This document shows positions 10,048-21,204 of a stretch of DNA of 64,000 nt, piece after piece. Within the stretch, counting starts at the first letter, position 1; each line of letters begins with the position of its first letter. The stretch comes from Naegleria gruberi (lineage: Eukaryota): assembly GCA_000004985.1 (NCBI GenBank), contig GG738852.1. One strand, written 5' to 3'. Below the pieces are notes generated by a model that was not told the DNA's origin, did no database searches, and saw only the letters and a program-made list of their open reading frames with translations. The translations under genes were made by a program, and so were the position numbers.

Positions 10048-12441
10048 TTACAAATGTCTAAGCTCGTTTGCTTTGATTCTATCATTAGGCTGACACCTTA
10101 ACATTAGGAGAATCATATCAATTGTGTAATTGTCGCATTTATGTCGCTTTGAACGTTTCAAATTCTTCTCTAGCAATTCATGAACACTTTCTTCCAAAGC
10201 AATCTGCACAGAACCATCCCTTACCAACATGGATGCAATTTGAGTTTTCTAATATAATGTCAAACGAAATGATTAAAAAAAAACACTTACAAAATCACCA
10301 GTCAATACTTGATAAAGAGTACAACCTAATGACCAAATATCTGTTGCTTGTGACAATTCTCCCTTTCCACACAATAACTCAGGAGCAAGGAAAAGTTCAG
10401 TTCCTCTCAATCCAGCTTTCGTATTCAATTGAGAATTGGTTTGTTTTGATTGTTGAATAGAGGACGAATTTGGTGAATGCTTGGTAGATTCTCCAAAATC
10501 ACCAATAATTACATGAACCCAATCATTCGCCAAATTGATTTCATCTAGGAATATATTAGTTGGCTTCAAATCATTATGAGTAATAAACTTGACTTCATGC
10601 AAATGGAAGAGAGCATCAGCCAACTGTTGAATTAGAGTTAACATGAGCTTTTTCGAGAAGACAAATTCAGGATGTTTCTCCACAAATGACTTTAAATCGC
10701 CATGTTTGTAATACTGCATTACAAAACAAACTGATTGCAGTAGTGGACTTGGGAAAACATCAAGAACTTGAATAATATGTGGATGTTTGCATTCAATCAT
10801 TCTCATACCTTCCTCTCTAACAGCAGCAACTCTCTGCTCATCAATGTAATGCTCAATCCTAATTGACTTGATGGCTACTTGTGTATTGCTCTTCTCATCG
10901 AGAGCCAAGTAGACATTAGCAAAAGAACCTCTACCAATTAACTTTTCAACCACGTAACGATCTTTAAGTCTGTGATCTGCCTGAAGAGTATAATCTTCAT
11001 CCTCATAACAATCATTATCTGTTCCATCTTCACAAATGGAATCCCTTCGAATGACATTATTCTCAAGTGCTTGAGACTTGTAACTCTCTATTATACTACT
11101 GGCAACATATTCTACTTCACTGGCTCTTCTTAGATGATCATTCTGATCGGTCATATATGGCATTGCATCCACATTTTTCAGATCTTCTCTCTTCTCTGGT
11201 ATGACCACTGTTGGTCGATTTGCAGTCTTGAAACTTGTCTTGATAACTGAAGTATTTTCCTGGAGTGGTGAGGTCATTTGGAGAGATCTCTGTAAAAAGC
11301 TTGATTTGAGTGAGGTAATTTTATCCTCAATGTGTGGACTCTTCTTATCGAAATTAGAGTGCATATTGAATGTACTTGTACTGGATTGAGCAAGTTGTTG
11401 TGGTGGCTTTGGATTTTCAATGTCTTCCTCAATGGAAATCAGAGTTGGATTGTTGCTCAATGTTTGTTGTTGTTCGCTGTGATCCATCATGACAACTGGT
11501 GCATAGGTATTGGAAGGCTCCTTATCCTTCTTTTGCTTCTTTCTAAAACATGACATGACGATCAACAATATGGCTATGATAAGAATGGAAGCCAGAATGA
11601 AAAGTCCAACACCAATCATTCCTGCAATGAGTGCTGATTGATCGACAGTACTTGCCTTGGAGTTTCTCAAAATTTGAACAGAGTATGTGCATGATTCACT
11701 CAGACAACCACTCATCAAGACGACCACATAAATTGTTGCCTGTGGATAGTTAGCATTCTCAATTGGGAGAGTAAAGTTAGATTCCTTCTGAGTAAAGATC
11801 AATCTTTTCTGATAATCATAATTGCCGTTTGGTGTTGCCTTCTTGTTAATACCCACAAACACATCGACATATTCGGTTTTATCAGAGGGAGGTCTTGCAA
11901 TTTGTAAGGTAAATGTATCAGTGGCAAAATTAATACTCGAATCGGAGAAACAATTTGGACAAAAGTAATAATCAGAAAGGAGAGCAGGTGTGGTATAATT
12001 ATTTCCAACTCCCAAACTCAAATACTTGTACAATTGTAAAATGTTGAATTTTGTAAACTCCAAGCTAGAAGCAAGAGGATTGTGAATGACGAGAGAATAA
12101 TCAGTATCATGCTTTGAGAAAGCATAATCTGATTTTGAATAATCTGTTGTACCTGTATCGATAAGGGAAATGATAGAAGTATCTCTTGTTCTATTGAATG
12201 TTGTCAAATTATTCGAAGGCATGTAGCCAATCAAGTATCCTGCAAGGTTGGTTTGAAATTCAAACTTCCAATTACCGTAACCAAAGGGAAATGAAAAATA
12301 ATTATTCGAAGAGAGGCCATAAATTGTGTTTTGTTGTTGAAAACTTGGGTTGACCAAAAGTAATAGACAACCAAGCAAAACAAGAGCCAACAGTGAAGAA
12401 TTGACGATTTGGTGGCGATGAGGATTGATTCTCTTGATCAT
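10048..12441 (-). CDS. Receptor-like Ser/Thr protein kinase (signal peptide, ectodomain, 1 TM, kinase); 2 exons
   Basis: join(12441..10291,10248..10048). ATG verified. Signal peptide plus ~300-aa ectodomain, TM IAGMIGVGLFILASILIIAILLIV, and kinase motifs GRGSFANVY, HNDLKPTNIFL, DFG, APE. Exon 1 ends GAT TTT|GTAAGT. A 42-nt intron runs to ttag. Exon 2 (KTQIAS MLVRDG...DRIKANELRHL) is in frame. An alternative 93-nt acceptor (tgcag) is not excluded. Confidence 0.7.
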
Positions 12442-12648
12442 TGAAACAATTTTTTGAAATAAAGTATTTCCAATTTCATCAACTACCCATATTTCATATT
12501 AATTAATTGTTTGGTATGAAAGAGAACACAACCAAAGTCCATATATAGAAATTTTCAAAATCTTTCCATTTTCCCTAAAGGAATGATTTATAAATTTCAA
12601 AATTATTGTAAATTGAGACCAATAGATATACTCACCATTTTAGATTTA

Positions 12649-13755
12649 TTAGTCCTCCTTGGTATCATCCACATCTACTTTCATTGTTACTAATGTAATA
12701 ATTAAATTAGTTATGGAACCAAATATTAAACCAACTGTGGTGCATATTGGGAAATATTGCCAGTCCTTTTCCCAATCGAGAGGAATGACAAATCCACTAA
12801 TCCAAATACAAATTAAATGCACCAAAAGGAAGGTTCTTAATGGGCTAACTGGTTTCAAATTGAATGAAATTGATCTGACTCGAGCAGTTTTTTCCAATAC
12901 AACCAAATTAATATATTCCTTAATATTATTCCACTGCAATAAAGTTGCCATTGGTTGAACAAATATAACCAAACTCGAGAGAATGCACCACACAATGCAA
13001 CACTTGATTTCATCAATTGAGAATATGTGACATTTGGAAAATAATGAAAAGACATAATGATCCTCCGAGTTCAAAATACTTGCTGGAATATTCTTTGCAC
13101 AAATCCAATTATTGTTCAATTGCTGATTATTCATTGGTGTTTGTTCAACATCACTCCTTGCCGATTGGAAATTATTCGACGAAGGTATTCTCATGAATGG
13201 TGTAAATCCAAAGAGAGTGACTCCCACGTAGATTAAACAAGCTCCTCCAAACAACACTCCAAAATATCGGACCATCATTTGCACAAGCAACCCTGAAGGA
13301 GACAATTGCTCATCACCATCATTCCTTTTGTTAGATTCTCTTCCTTTAAATATATTACTACTAAATGTAAAGAGAAGATAGATGGGAATTAATATGAAAA
13401 TTAATAGGAGCATGATTTCAAAGTAGAAGGCTCGCACAAGGAAGGATTCAACAATTTCTTCTCCCATCATCATTAAAACTCCATAAATTATAAAAACAAG
13501 ACACGTAATGATTTGACCAATTAAAAATCGATAATTGGCATTTCCTATAAAACTCTTCAAGGCTGATGATGATTCTGTATTTGTTGTGCTACTAGATTGT
13601 GTATTGTTTACCAAATTTCTTTTTCTTTCCGATAGAGTTTGATTGAGTTGATGTGGATGCATTTTCTTTGAAAATTTAAACAACAAAATTCCTGCAAGAT
13701 GGATAATAACATTTGCTGTTGTTAAAATAATATTTTCATTATTATTTTGTCTCAT
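12649..13755 (-). CDS. Multi-pass transmembrane protein of unknown function
   Basis: Track ORF starts at TTG 13848; first ATG 13755 (MRQNNNEN). At least 7 hydrophobic segments. A possible 15-nt 5' micro-exon (13829..13815, MAPTW) would be joined by a 47-nt GTAATT..TTACAG intron. Low confidence. Confidence 0.5.
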   Translation of the reverse strand: MRQNNNENIILTTANVIIHLAGILLFKFSKKMHPHQLNQTLSERKRNLVNNTQSSSTTNTESSSALKSFIGNANYRFLIGQIITCLVFIIYGVLMMMGEEIVESFLVRAFYFEIMLLLIFILIPIYLLFTFSSNIFKGRESNKRNDGDEQLSPSGLLVQMMVRYFGVLFGGACLIYVGVTLFGFTPFMRIPSSNNFQSARSDVEQTPMNNQQLNNNWICAKNIPASILNSEDHYVFSLFSKCHIFSIDEIKCCIVWCILSSLVIFVQPMATLLQWNNIKEYINLVVLEKTARVRSISFNLKPVSPLRTFLLVHLICIWISGFVIPLDWEKDWQYFPICTTVGLIFGSITNLIITLVTMKVDVDDTKED

Positions 13756-13819
13756 ATTATAATACTCCTGTAAGTATTGTCTGATTACTATTTCCAAGCA
13801 CAAGTTGAAATTACCCAAG

Positions 13820-13845
13820 TTGGCGCCATTTTTTATTCCGCCAAA
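13820..13845. promoter_or_regulatory. Paired E2F-like sites (TTGGCGCC ... TTCCGCCAAA) in MCM promoter
   Basis: GC-rich motifs 70–90 bp upstream of the MCM ATG (13913), in the divergent spacer. MCM genes are canonical E2F targets. The first motif overlaps a possible ATG of the upstream minus gene. Confidence 0.4.
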
Positions 13846-13912
13846 CAACTCTTTTCAAATTTAAAAAAAATGTTTTCTGGTAATGATGATGAATCGGTGT
13901 TAGATTCTTTCG

Positions 13913-15991
13913 ATGGAAGACTTTCAGGTAATCGATGATGATGAGGATGGTGAAAGACAAAGTGCACACCAACCTCAACCTCACAGAAGTTCTATTGGGG
14001 GTGGGCAGATAGCGACACTTTCTTCTTCATCAAATTCTATTGTGGATCCCGCAGCCATCAAGACATCATTTTCTCTCTTTTTACAGAACAATGTATTTCC
14101 TTCACAACAAATAACGGAAAGTATTGATTTGACAAATACATTTAGATTGGACGCAGCTCTCTTGAAACAACATGATGTTAAATTGTACAATATTTTGGTA
14201 CAATTTCCAGAGACTGTCATTTCTATTTTCGACGTTGTTATGGCCGAAGAGTGGCATAAACTCAAAGGAGATGAAGCTCAAATTTCTATTACTGTTAATT
14301 TGGATACACTTAAACCAATGAGAGCTTTGAATCCTTGCGATATCGATAGACTTGTTGGAATTCAAGGAATGGTGACTAGATTGAGTGAAATTATTCCAGA
14401 TATGAGAGGAGCTTATTTCAAGTGTTCTGGTTGCAGTGCCTCAAAATATGTCCCTCTTCAACAGGGAAGAGTTAAAGAACCACCAAAATGTACAAGTGAC
14501 ACTTGTTCTGGTTCCACTTGGATTTTAATACACAACAGATGTCAATACTATGATAAACAAGTTATCAAATTGCAAGAAACTCCAGAAAGCATTCCTGAAG
14601 GTGAAACTCCACATACTGTCAATTTGTGTGTTTTTGATAGTCTTACCGATAGTGTTAAACCTGGTGACAGAGTTAAAGTAACTGCAATTTATAGAGCCAT
14701 CCCAATCAGAATCAGTTCCAAACAAAGAAAAGTTAAGAATATTTTCAAAACATATCTAGACGTGTTGGGTTTCGAAAAGATTGGTATCAGTGTTATGAAT
14801 GCAGAACTAACTACTGCGGCAGCCAAAAGTTCATCCTCTCTGGATGATGCCAACGAAGATGAACAACTCTCCAAATTAATGAATATTACTCCATTAGAAG
14901 AAGCAGAAATCAAGCTTCTCTCTGAAAATCCTAATATTTATCAAATGTTACAAGACTCTATTGCACCTGGTGTGTTTGAAATGACCAGTGTTAAAAAGGG
15001 AATACTTTGTCAATTATTTGGAGGTACCAATAAGAAAATACCGAATGGTCAACTGAGAGGAGAAATTCACATTTTACTTTGTGGTGATCCTGGTGTGAGT
15101 AAGTCGCAACTTTTGATACAGGTACACAAAATTGCACCAAGAGGAATTTATACATCAGGTAAAGGAAGTTCAGCTGTTGGTTTGACAGCCTATGTCACTA
15201 AAGATCCTGATTCAGGTGATATGGTTTTAGAATCAGGGGCCCTTGTATTGTCTGATCTTGGTATTTGTTGTATTGACGAATTTGACAAAATGTCTGATCA
15301 AACTAGATCTGTTCTCCACGAAGTCATGGAACAATGTACAGTATCAGTAGCCAAAGCTGGTATTATTTGTACCCTTAATGCTAGAACCTCAATTTTGGCA
15401 GCTGCCAACCCTAAAGAATCTAGATACAACTCCAATCTTTCAATTGTTGAAAATATCCAACTTCCACCTACCCTTTTATCCCGTTTTGATTTAATCTTCC
15501 TTCTTCATGATACTCCAGATAGAGATAGTGACGAAAAGCTAGCCAAACACATTATTTCGCTTCACTTTGATGTTCCAGAACACGACACCTCAACACTGAT
15601 ACCAAAGGAATTATTAGCAAAATATATTGCCTATGCCAGAAATCGTATACATCCTGTCATTACAGATGATGTGAAACACTATTTAGTTGAAGGTTATTTG
15701 GGTCTAAGAAAGTTTGGATCACATAAGAAGAATATCACAGCAACAACCCGTCAGCTCGAATCTCTTATTCGTTTATCTGAAAGTCTTGCCCGTATGAAAC
15801 TGAAACAAAAAGTAGAAAGAGATGACGTAGAAGAGGCAATGAGGCTTGTGAGAGAGTCCATTTTCAAAGCTGCCTTTGATCCAAAGACAGGAACAATTGA
15901 TATAGATCTGTTGCAAACTGGTCGTTCTGCTGCAGACAGAGAATTAAACGATGATGACACTATGGGACTCGACAGAGAAGATGATATGTAA
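13913..15991 (+). CDS. MCM-family replicative helicase (MCM2-9 family; paralog unresolved, MCM8/MCM4-like)
   Basis: Zn-finger CSGCS...CTSDTC. Walker A GDPGVSKSQLL. MCM box CIDEFDKM...VSVAKAGI...ARTSILAAANP. Arginine finger SRFDLIFLL. Winged-helix-like C-terminus. Confidence 0.85.
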   Translation: MEDFQVIDDDEDGERQSAHQPQPHRSSIGGGQIATLSSSSNSIVDPAAIKTSFSLFLQNNVFPSQQITESIDLTNTFRLDAALLKQHDVKLYNILVQFPETVISIFDVVMAEEWHKLKGDEAQISITVNLDTLKPMRALNPCDIDRLVGIQGMVTRLSEIIPDMRGAYFKCSGCSASKYVPLQQGRVKEPPKCTSDTCSGSTWILIHNRCQYYDKQVIKLQETPESIPEGETPHTVNLCVFDSLTDSVKPGDRVKVTAIYRAIPIRISSKQRKVKNIFKTYLDVLGFEKIGISVMNAELTTAAAKSSSSLDDANEDEQLSKLMNITPLEEAEIKLLSENPNIYQMLQDSIAPGVFEMTSVKKGILCQLFGGTNKKIPNGQLRGEIHILLCGDPGVSKSQLLIQVHKIAPRGIYTSGKGSSAVGLTAYVTKDPDSGDMVLESGALVLSDLGICCIDEFDKMSDQTRSVLHEVMEQCTVSVAKAGIICTLNARTSILAAANPKESRYNSNLSIVENIQLPPTLLSRFDLIFLLHDTPDRDSDEKLAKHIISLHFDVPEHDTSTLIPKELLAKYIAYARNRIHPVITDDVKHYLVEGYLGLRKFGSHKKNITATTRQLESLIRLSESLARMKLKQKVERDDVEEAMRLVRESIFKAAFDPKTGTIDIDLLQTGRSAADRELNDDDTMGLDREDDM

Positions 15992-16212
15992 ATAAAATAT
16001 TAAATTATTTTTTAAAACTCTAATCTCCAACATCAATCCATTTAGATTACCTTACCAGACCATTCAAAGAAACAGAATCAGAGCTAGAATCACCCAGACC
16101 AAGATAAAAATAATGTGTTTGAGATTTTTAAGATTTGGACTATTAATAAAATAATCAACAACGTCATCAACAAAGATATGAAATAGTTTCCAAATTGTTG
16201 TTTATGAAGAAG

Positions 16213-17160
16213 TTAATACTTGGAGAAATTACAAATATTAATTTTACAAGATGTTCTCAAGCTATTTTGTTTTCTAAAAAGTTGATACTTAATTTTCCAC
16301 ATGAGCCCCAATTGAGTTAAATATTTTCTGAATCCTTGTTCTTCCAGCCACCCTCCACCAATCTGAACCACAAATGAATACACAACCCCACATTTTTCAG
16401 GGATTATTGAATCCTCCTCACAACGTTTTCTATACAAATCCACCAGTAAATGATACAGAGCACACCTCATGACTGAAATCAGGCCTCCAACAAATACATC
16501 CACTGAATAATGTTCCTTTGCAAATAGAATACACATACATCCAATCACAACCAAACAAATCAGAAGGACATTCATCAATTTGATAAAGGCTGATGATGAT
16601 CTAGATGATGATAGGGATGAAATTATTGAAATACTCCTTCTGTAATACCACACAAACCAAACAGCAACAATGAGTGTGGTGGCATGTCCAGAAAAGACGT
16701 AATCTCCACATGTTTCACTAAACTCGAAAAGGTTAATAGATTTCCACAACTTTTCTTGAGTCAGCTCTTGAAGATTCGAACATTGTTGAGAGAGTACCCT
16801 TGTTGGGATACTGAAGGTTGTAAAACTAATACAGAGAGTTCTGAGATTGATTAAAGTTGCCCTGATGAATAGAAATCGAGGAAGTATGTAAACCCTTTCC
16901 CTTCCATGCGCCAAACTAATGACCAAAAGAATGAAGACCAGAACGCCTGTCATGATTTCTGTTACTTTGAAGGCACTGGGGTTTGTATGCTTAAATGCGT
17001 TGAGTAGAACATCAGAGGAAGGGGGAGCATGTACATCAACTCTTGGAACAACAAATACCATTGTAACTATCTTTCCAATATTCTCTCCCATACTATCTTT
17101 CTTACATGTACTATAGCTTGAAGAAACTGCTGGTGAAATGAGTGATAAGTCAGCTGACAT
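16213..17160 (-). CDS. Sphingomyelin synthase-like / PAP2-family lipid phosphotransferase
   Basis: ATG verified. Multi-TM. SMS D3 motif CGDYVFSGHATT and D4 motif HYSVDVFVGG...YH are present. The C-terminal ~60 aa may be affected by an unrecognised intron. Confidence 0.6.
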   Translation of the reverse strand: MSADLSLISPAVSSSYSTCKKDSMGENIGKIVTMVFVVPRVDVHAPPSSDVLLNAFKHTNPSAFKVTEIMTGVLVFILLVISLAHGRERVYILPRFLFIRATLINLRTLCISFTTFSIPTRVLSQQCSNLQELTQEKLWKSINLFEFSETCGDYVFSGHATTLIVAVWFVWYYRRSISIISSLSSSRSSSAFIKLMNVLLICLVVIGCMCILFAKEHYSVDVFVGGLISVMRCALYHLLVDLYRKRCEEDSIIPEKCGVVYSFVVQIGGGWLEEQGFRKYLTQLGLMWKIKYQLFRKQNSLRTSCKINICNFSKY

Positions 17161-17434
17161 TTTTTAAGGCATAACTATCTCATTCAGATGACTTTTCATC
17201 CATTAAATCTTTCATATCCTTAATGGTAACGTTCCAAATTGTGTAGGGGAATTTAAAGAGCGCTCTGAATCCTATTCAGCATAGTTAAAGCAGATCAATG
17301 AAGGATTTGATGCTTGCCGATATCAACATTATAATTTGCAACTTTTTGAACTCTTTTGTTTCAATCAAATTCCGTCCTACCTTTAGATTTATTAATTCAA
17401 TCAACTTGAAAGAAATCAAGATCACAGTAAAAAA

Positions 17435-17841
17435 ATGTTCAAACGACTTTTAACTCAACCATTAAAAGTAAGTTTAGTAGTAGAGAAGTTTGGGTCGCTC
17501 ATTTTCAACAGAAGACTTCACAACGATTCTTTTCAACATCATTCCGAAACAATCAACAAAATAATGGATCGAGAGCTCCAAGAAATTTCTTCAATATTGA
17601 TTTGAGAACCTTGATGATTTCTTTGGCTGTGATTAGTATGGGTGTTGGAGCATATTATAATCACAAGACGAAGGAAAGACAATTAGAATACAAGGAAAAG
17701 AGACGAGAGGAAAGGAAGGAAGCCATTCATGAAACAAAAGAAGTTGTGGGTGAGAAAATTAACAAGGCAAAGAATTGGATAAACTCTAAGAGAAATAAGT
17801 CAGTAAATGTGGAAACCAACAATGAAGAGGATAAGAAATAA
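17435..17841 (+). CDS. Small protein with N-terminal presequence-like exon and K/E-rich tail; 2 exons
   Basis: join(17435..17467,17509..17841). Exon 1 is MFKRLLTQPLK|GTAAGT. A 41-nt intron ends in caacag. Exon 2 is in frame (KTSQRFFSTSFRN...). One hydrophobic segment MISLAVISMGVGAYY. Confidence 0.45.
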
Positions 17842-17863
17842 AAAACTTATCGAGGTAAAATGA

Positions 17864-17950
17864 TCCGATGAGACGGAATCGAACCGCCGACCACAGGATG
17901 ACAGTTTTTCTTGCTACAGTCCCATGCTCTACCAGCTGAGCTATCATCGG
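17864..17950 (-). tRNA. tRNA-Tyr(GUA): tRNA-Tyr (anticodon GTA) with 14-nt intron
   Basis: Hand-folded cloverleaf: acceptor CCGATGA/TCATCGG, D-arm GCTC-AGCTGGTA-GAGC, anticodon stem TGGGA/TCCTG with loop CTGTAG-[CAAGAAAAACTGTC]-A, T-arm GGCGG-TTCGATT-CCGTC, discriminator A. The intron 3' of position 37 is typical of eukaryotic tRNA-Tyr. Confidence 0.75.
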
Positions 17951-18247
17951 TTACACTATTTTTATTAAATGGGCTTAATATATTACTCAACCTTAATGAC
18001 ACTGAAACATAAAAATAACTGAACTCTTGAAAATATAAGAAGCAATGAGAGGAATTATAAGTGCTTTGCTCTTAGAACAGATTCATAAAATGATAGAGAA
18101 AGCAGTATATCTAACATTTGGCTGATCTTAATAAGTTTCTTGCTTATTGGTAGAACTCTCTAATATCCATAACCATTTACCTTTTACGGATCTCTTCACA
18201 GTGATGAGAATGGCCATCAACTCATTAAAAGTTCAAGCCACATAAAA

Positions 18248-18922
18248 ATGTCGTGCACAGTTTTAGCTCAGCCTTACTATCAATCTTCCTCATCAAACAC
18301 AACAGTACACAACAATAATTACCGACAAGTGGATGAAGAGTCTGGTTATTTTCCCTCTGGAAGGAATCAAGACTTTGAAAGGTTCAAACGCTACTTTGGC
18401 TCCTCGATACTCTTCCTCATCATTTCTGTTGTATTGACGATGGTGGTGTTTTTCTTGTATATGGCTGATTGTGTTTTTCAAGGTTTGGATGGAGAGGGTA
18501 ATTGTGAAGGAGGAAGTATGATTGCACTGATAATTTCCTCACTATTGGTGATTAGTGGTGCTTTGATTTCAATTGGGTTGTGTTTAAGATATAGGAGAGA
18601 GGCTATAGAGTTTTGGAATGATTTGAAGAGTGCTTCGGTATTGAGGGGAACACTGATATCCAATGCTTATCATCAGCATAAGATTGGTGAAAATGTGAAT
18701 AGTAATAATTCGTCGATGGTACAAGATCAATCAGAGGCTCATTTGGAAACTTCACTTACCTTACCAATTTCTCCAATTAAATTGAGACAATCACAAATGT
18801 ATGATGATAGACCAATAAGGAGCTTTGAGTTTCCTCCTGAATTGGCACTTCCACCCCGAAAATCAAAACAAGATGATGATGATGATGATGATGAAATAGA
18901 TGAGAGTTCAAATTTACTTTAA
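18248..18922 (+). CDS. Small two-TM membrane protein with acidic C-terminus
   Basis: ATG start. Two hydrophobic helices. Poly-D tail DDDDDDDEIDESS. Confidence 0.4.
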   Translation: MSCTVLAQPYYQSSSSNTTVHNNNYRQVDEESGYFPSGRNQDFERFKRYFGSSILFLIISVVLTMVVFFLYMADCVFQGLDGEGNCEGGSMIALIISSLLVISGALISIGLCLRYRREAIEFWNDLKSASVLRGTLISNAYHQHKIGENVNSNNSSMVQDQSEAHLETSLTLPISPIKLRQSQMYDDRPIRSFEFPPELALPPRKSKQDDDDDDDEIDESSNLL

Positions 18923-19032
18923 AATTTAACAAAACAGAAATTGAATACTTATTATTTAATGATGACAGGTGTAATTATCTATTAATCTAAACACAATTGA
19001 ATTACTATGTTAAATAAATAAATTAATAAAAA

Positions 19033-19717
19033 ATGTCAAAAGATCAACAACAGGAAGGATCAGCTCAACCACCATCGGATTTTTTCAAATATCTTCTCGG
19101 AAAATGGAAACGTAATTTAGAGTGGAGAGAATTTGGAGGAATTTGTATGTAATTGTCAAACATTGACGACAATGTTAAATAATTATTATTTATTGAAATG
19201 TTAAATATCTAACAATTTAAATAATATATTGGAATTAATCAAATTGGAATATAAATTAGATCAACACCTATCGACGAGTAATACATTTGTTCAATATGAA
19301 GAAAATTCAAAATATGAAAGTAGTTATGTATCGGATTTGTCAGCAGCAAATGCTGGAAATAGATATGCAAGATTTTCATTCGGAAATTCATTACACGATT
19401 TGAAATTTGCCTATGAAATGATTTTTAGCAATACTAGTACAACACCTTCATCTTCACCTCTATTTTCCAAGTCTAGTTTGAGTTCTCAACAACCAGAATG
19501 TCAAACATTCCAGTGGAAATATCTAGGAGTTGTGTGTAAGGGTGAATATTATTCATCACCTGGTGTGGCAACTTTTAACGTTGTTCTGCCAACAGCTTTT
19601 GTGACAACCACTTATAAAATTGTCGATCAAAATACCATGTCAGTAGTCATTGTAGAAGTTGACGAAAAACAGCAACCAACCATTCAGTATGGTAACATGT
19701 ACAGATTAACTCAATAA
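19033..19717 (+). CDS. Hypothetical protein; 2 exons
   Basis: join(19033..19144,19260..19717). Exon 1 is MSKDQQQEG...FKYLLGKWKRNLEWREFGGI then T|GTATGT. A 115-nt AT-rich intron ends in aaattag. Phase 1 joins in frame (Y QHLSTSNTF...). Confidence 0.45.
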
Positions 19718-19887
19718 ATTATTTATGAAATTTAAATGTATTTATTTGTAAGAGTGAAACTAGTAGGTTACTTAGGGTTTGAATGCATGTTCTGGAAATC
19801 ATTCGTTACCAGAAAGCTCGCATCAACACTCGATTTAATTGTTATAATTGTTGTTGTTGTTGGATAAATTTACACAAAGAGAGAAGC

Positions 19888-21204
19888 TTATTGTTGTTCA
19901 CGACCTCTCTTCTTTTGTTCAAAGACTTGCTTAATGCTTTCTGAAATCTTCAAGTGTTCTGGCTTGGAGAATTTGACAAGCAAGTAATTCTTATCAGCAG
20001 TCTTTCTACCACTTTCAAAGGTTGGTGTACTGCAGAAACATTTCATAAAGTAGTAAACTTGTTTAGCACATGGTAAAATATCATCTTCAGTCTTTCCAGA
20101 GTAATAGACCAAGTTGGAATTCCACTTGTCACCACCACATTTTCTGAGTGATCTGGCAACATAAATGGCAGCACAAGCAATGGTACTTGGTGTATAATTC
20201 AACATGGCTGTATCGTAGAGGGACATTTCAGCAACAAAGGTTGCAATTTGGACTTGAACATTATCAAAGTTACCACTACACTTCAAGTATCTCTTCAAAA
20301 AGACATAGACACTAGCAATAGTCAAGTTAAAGTCGAGAGTCTTCAAGATGAGTCTTTCCATAATGAGGATATCTTCCTTGGTATAGGCCTTACGAGTCAT
20401 CTTGATAAGATGAGAAGTATTGAGTGGTTTGATTTCTTCATACTTTGAAGCAATGAACAATGAGGTAATGGCAACCAAGTGAATCTTATCCAAAGCCATA
20501 TCTGGATGGGAGCTCAAGAATCTATCAAAAATGTTAACACAGAGATACATAGTTTCAGGTGAGAATTCATAATAACCATGAATGGTCATCAACCAATTGA
20601 TAGTCAACAATCTGGTTTGATCATTAAAGTTTGGATGTCTGGACATGTAGGTTGGATCCGGCAAATACTTGGACTCAATTGACTTGTAGTGAGCAAAAAT
20701 ATCCTTAACATATTCAGTACAGGCAAGTGAATTGTTAGTATCATTGGCATCAATCTTTGGACTCATCATCATGGATTCAGAGTTAGTCTTCCTCACTGGA
20801 GAGGTATATAAAGTTTCCTTTTGTGTCTTTTGATTAGTTTGCAAGACGACTGAATTATTAGTTGTAGTTGTGGTGGTTGATGGAGCAGTTGATCTAGCAC
20901 TCAATGGTTGCTTTTGAGTCATAAGACCAGTTGTAGTATTTTGAATGCTACTAGTCTTGATATTAGAAATATCACCCAAAGCACGTCTATTAGCAGCTGT
21001 ATTCATGGTTGAGGTTGGTGCTTGGAATTGCTTGGCAGAAAAGGCAGTCGATGTGGTTGTTGTCTGTTGACCATAGGAAACCAAATTTCTCTTATGACCA
21101 TCGATGGCCATATTATTCAAGGAGGTTGAGAGTTGATTCTCTGTATCAATCATCATGGAATTTTGATTGTACATATCGGATTGGAAAGTATTGGAGCCGA
21201 ACAT
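19888..21204 (-). CDS. Mitotic (A/B-type) cyclin with destruction box
   Basis: ATG verified. D-box RRALGDISN near the N-terminus. Cyclin box LLTINWLMTIHGYYEF...KYEEI, plus the second cyclin fold. Confidence 0.85.
   Translation of the reverse strand: MFGSNTFQSDMYNQNSMMIDTENQLSTSLNNMAIDGHKRNLVSYGQQTTTTSTAFSAKQFQAPTSTMNTAANRRALGDISNIKTSSIQNTTTGLMTQKQPLSARSTAPSTTTTTTNNSVVLQTNQKTQKETLYTSPVRKTNSESMMMSPKIDANDTNNSLACTEYVKDIFAHYKSIESKYLPDPTYMSRHPNFNDQTRLLTINWLMTIHGYYEFSPETMYLCVNIFDRFLSSHPDMALDKIHLVAITSLFIASKYEEIKPLNTSHLIKMTRKAYTKEDILIMERLILKTLDFNLTIASVYVFLKRYLKCSGNFDNVQVQIATFVAEMSLYDTAMLNYTPSTIACAAIYVARSLRKCGGDKWNSNLVYYSGKTEDDILPCAKQVYYFMKCFCSTPTFESGRKTADKNYLLVKFSKPEHLKISESIKQVFEQKKRGREQQ

Noticed and set aside
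10249-10341. Alternative 93-nt intron (acceptor tgcag at ~10198) for the receptor kinase instead of the 42-nt one
   Set aside because: Both keep the frame. The 42-nt version matches the dominant intron length class and retains the conserved stretch before subdomain XI. Unresolved without RNA data.
13869-13912. Possible upstream start exon for the MCM gene (ATG 13869, 40-nt GTAATG..ggaag intron)
   Set aside because: The putative intron is not AT-rich, and its acceptor (gaag) is poor. The simple ATG at 13913 gives an equivalent N-terminus.
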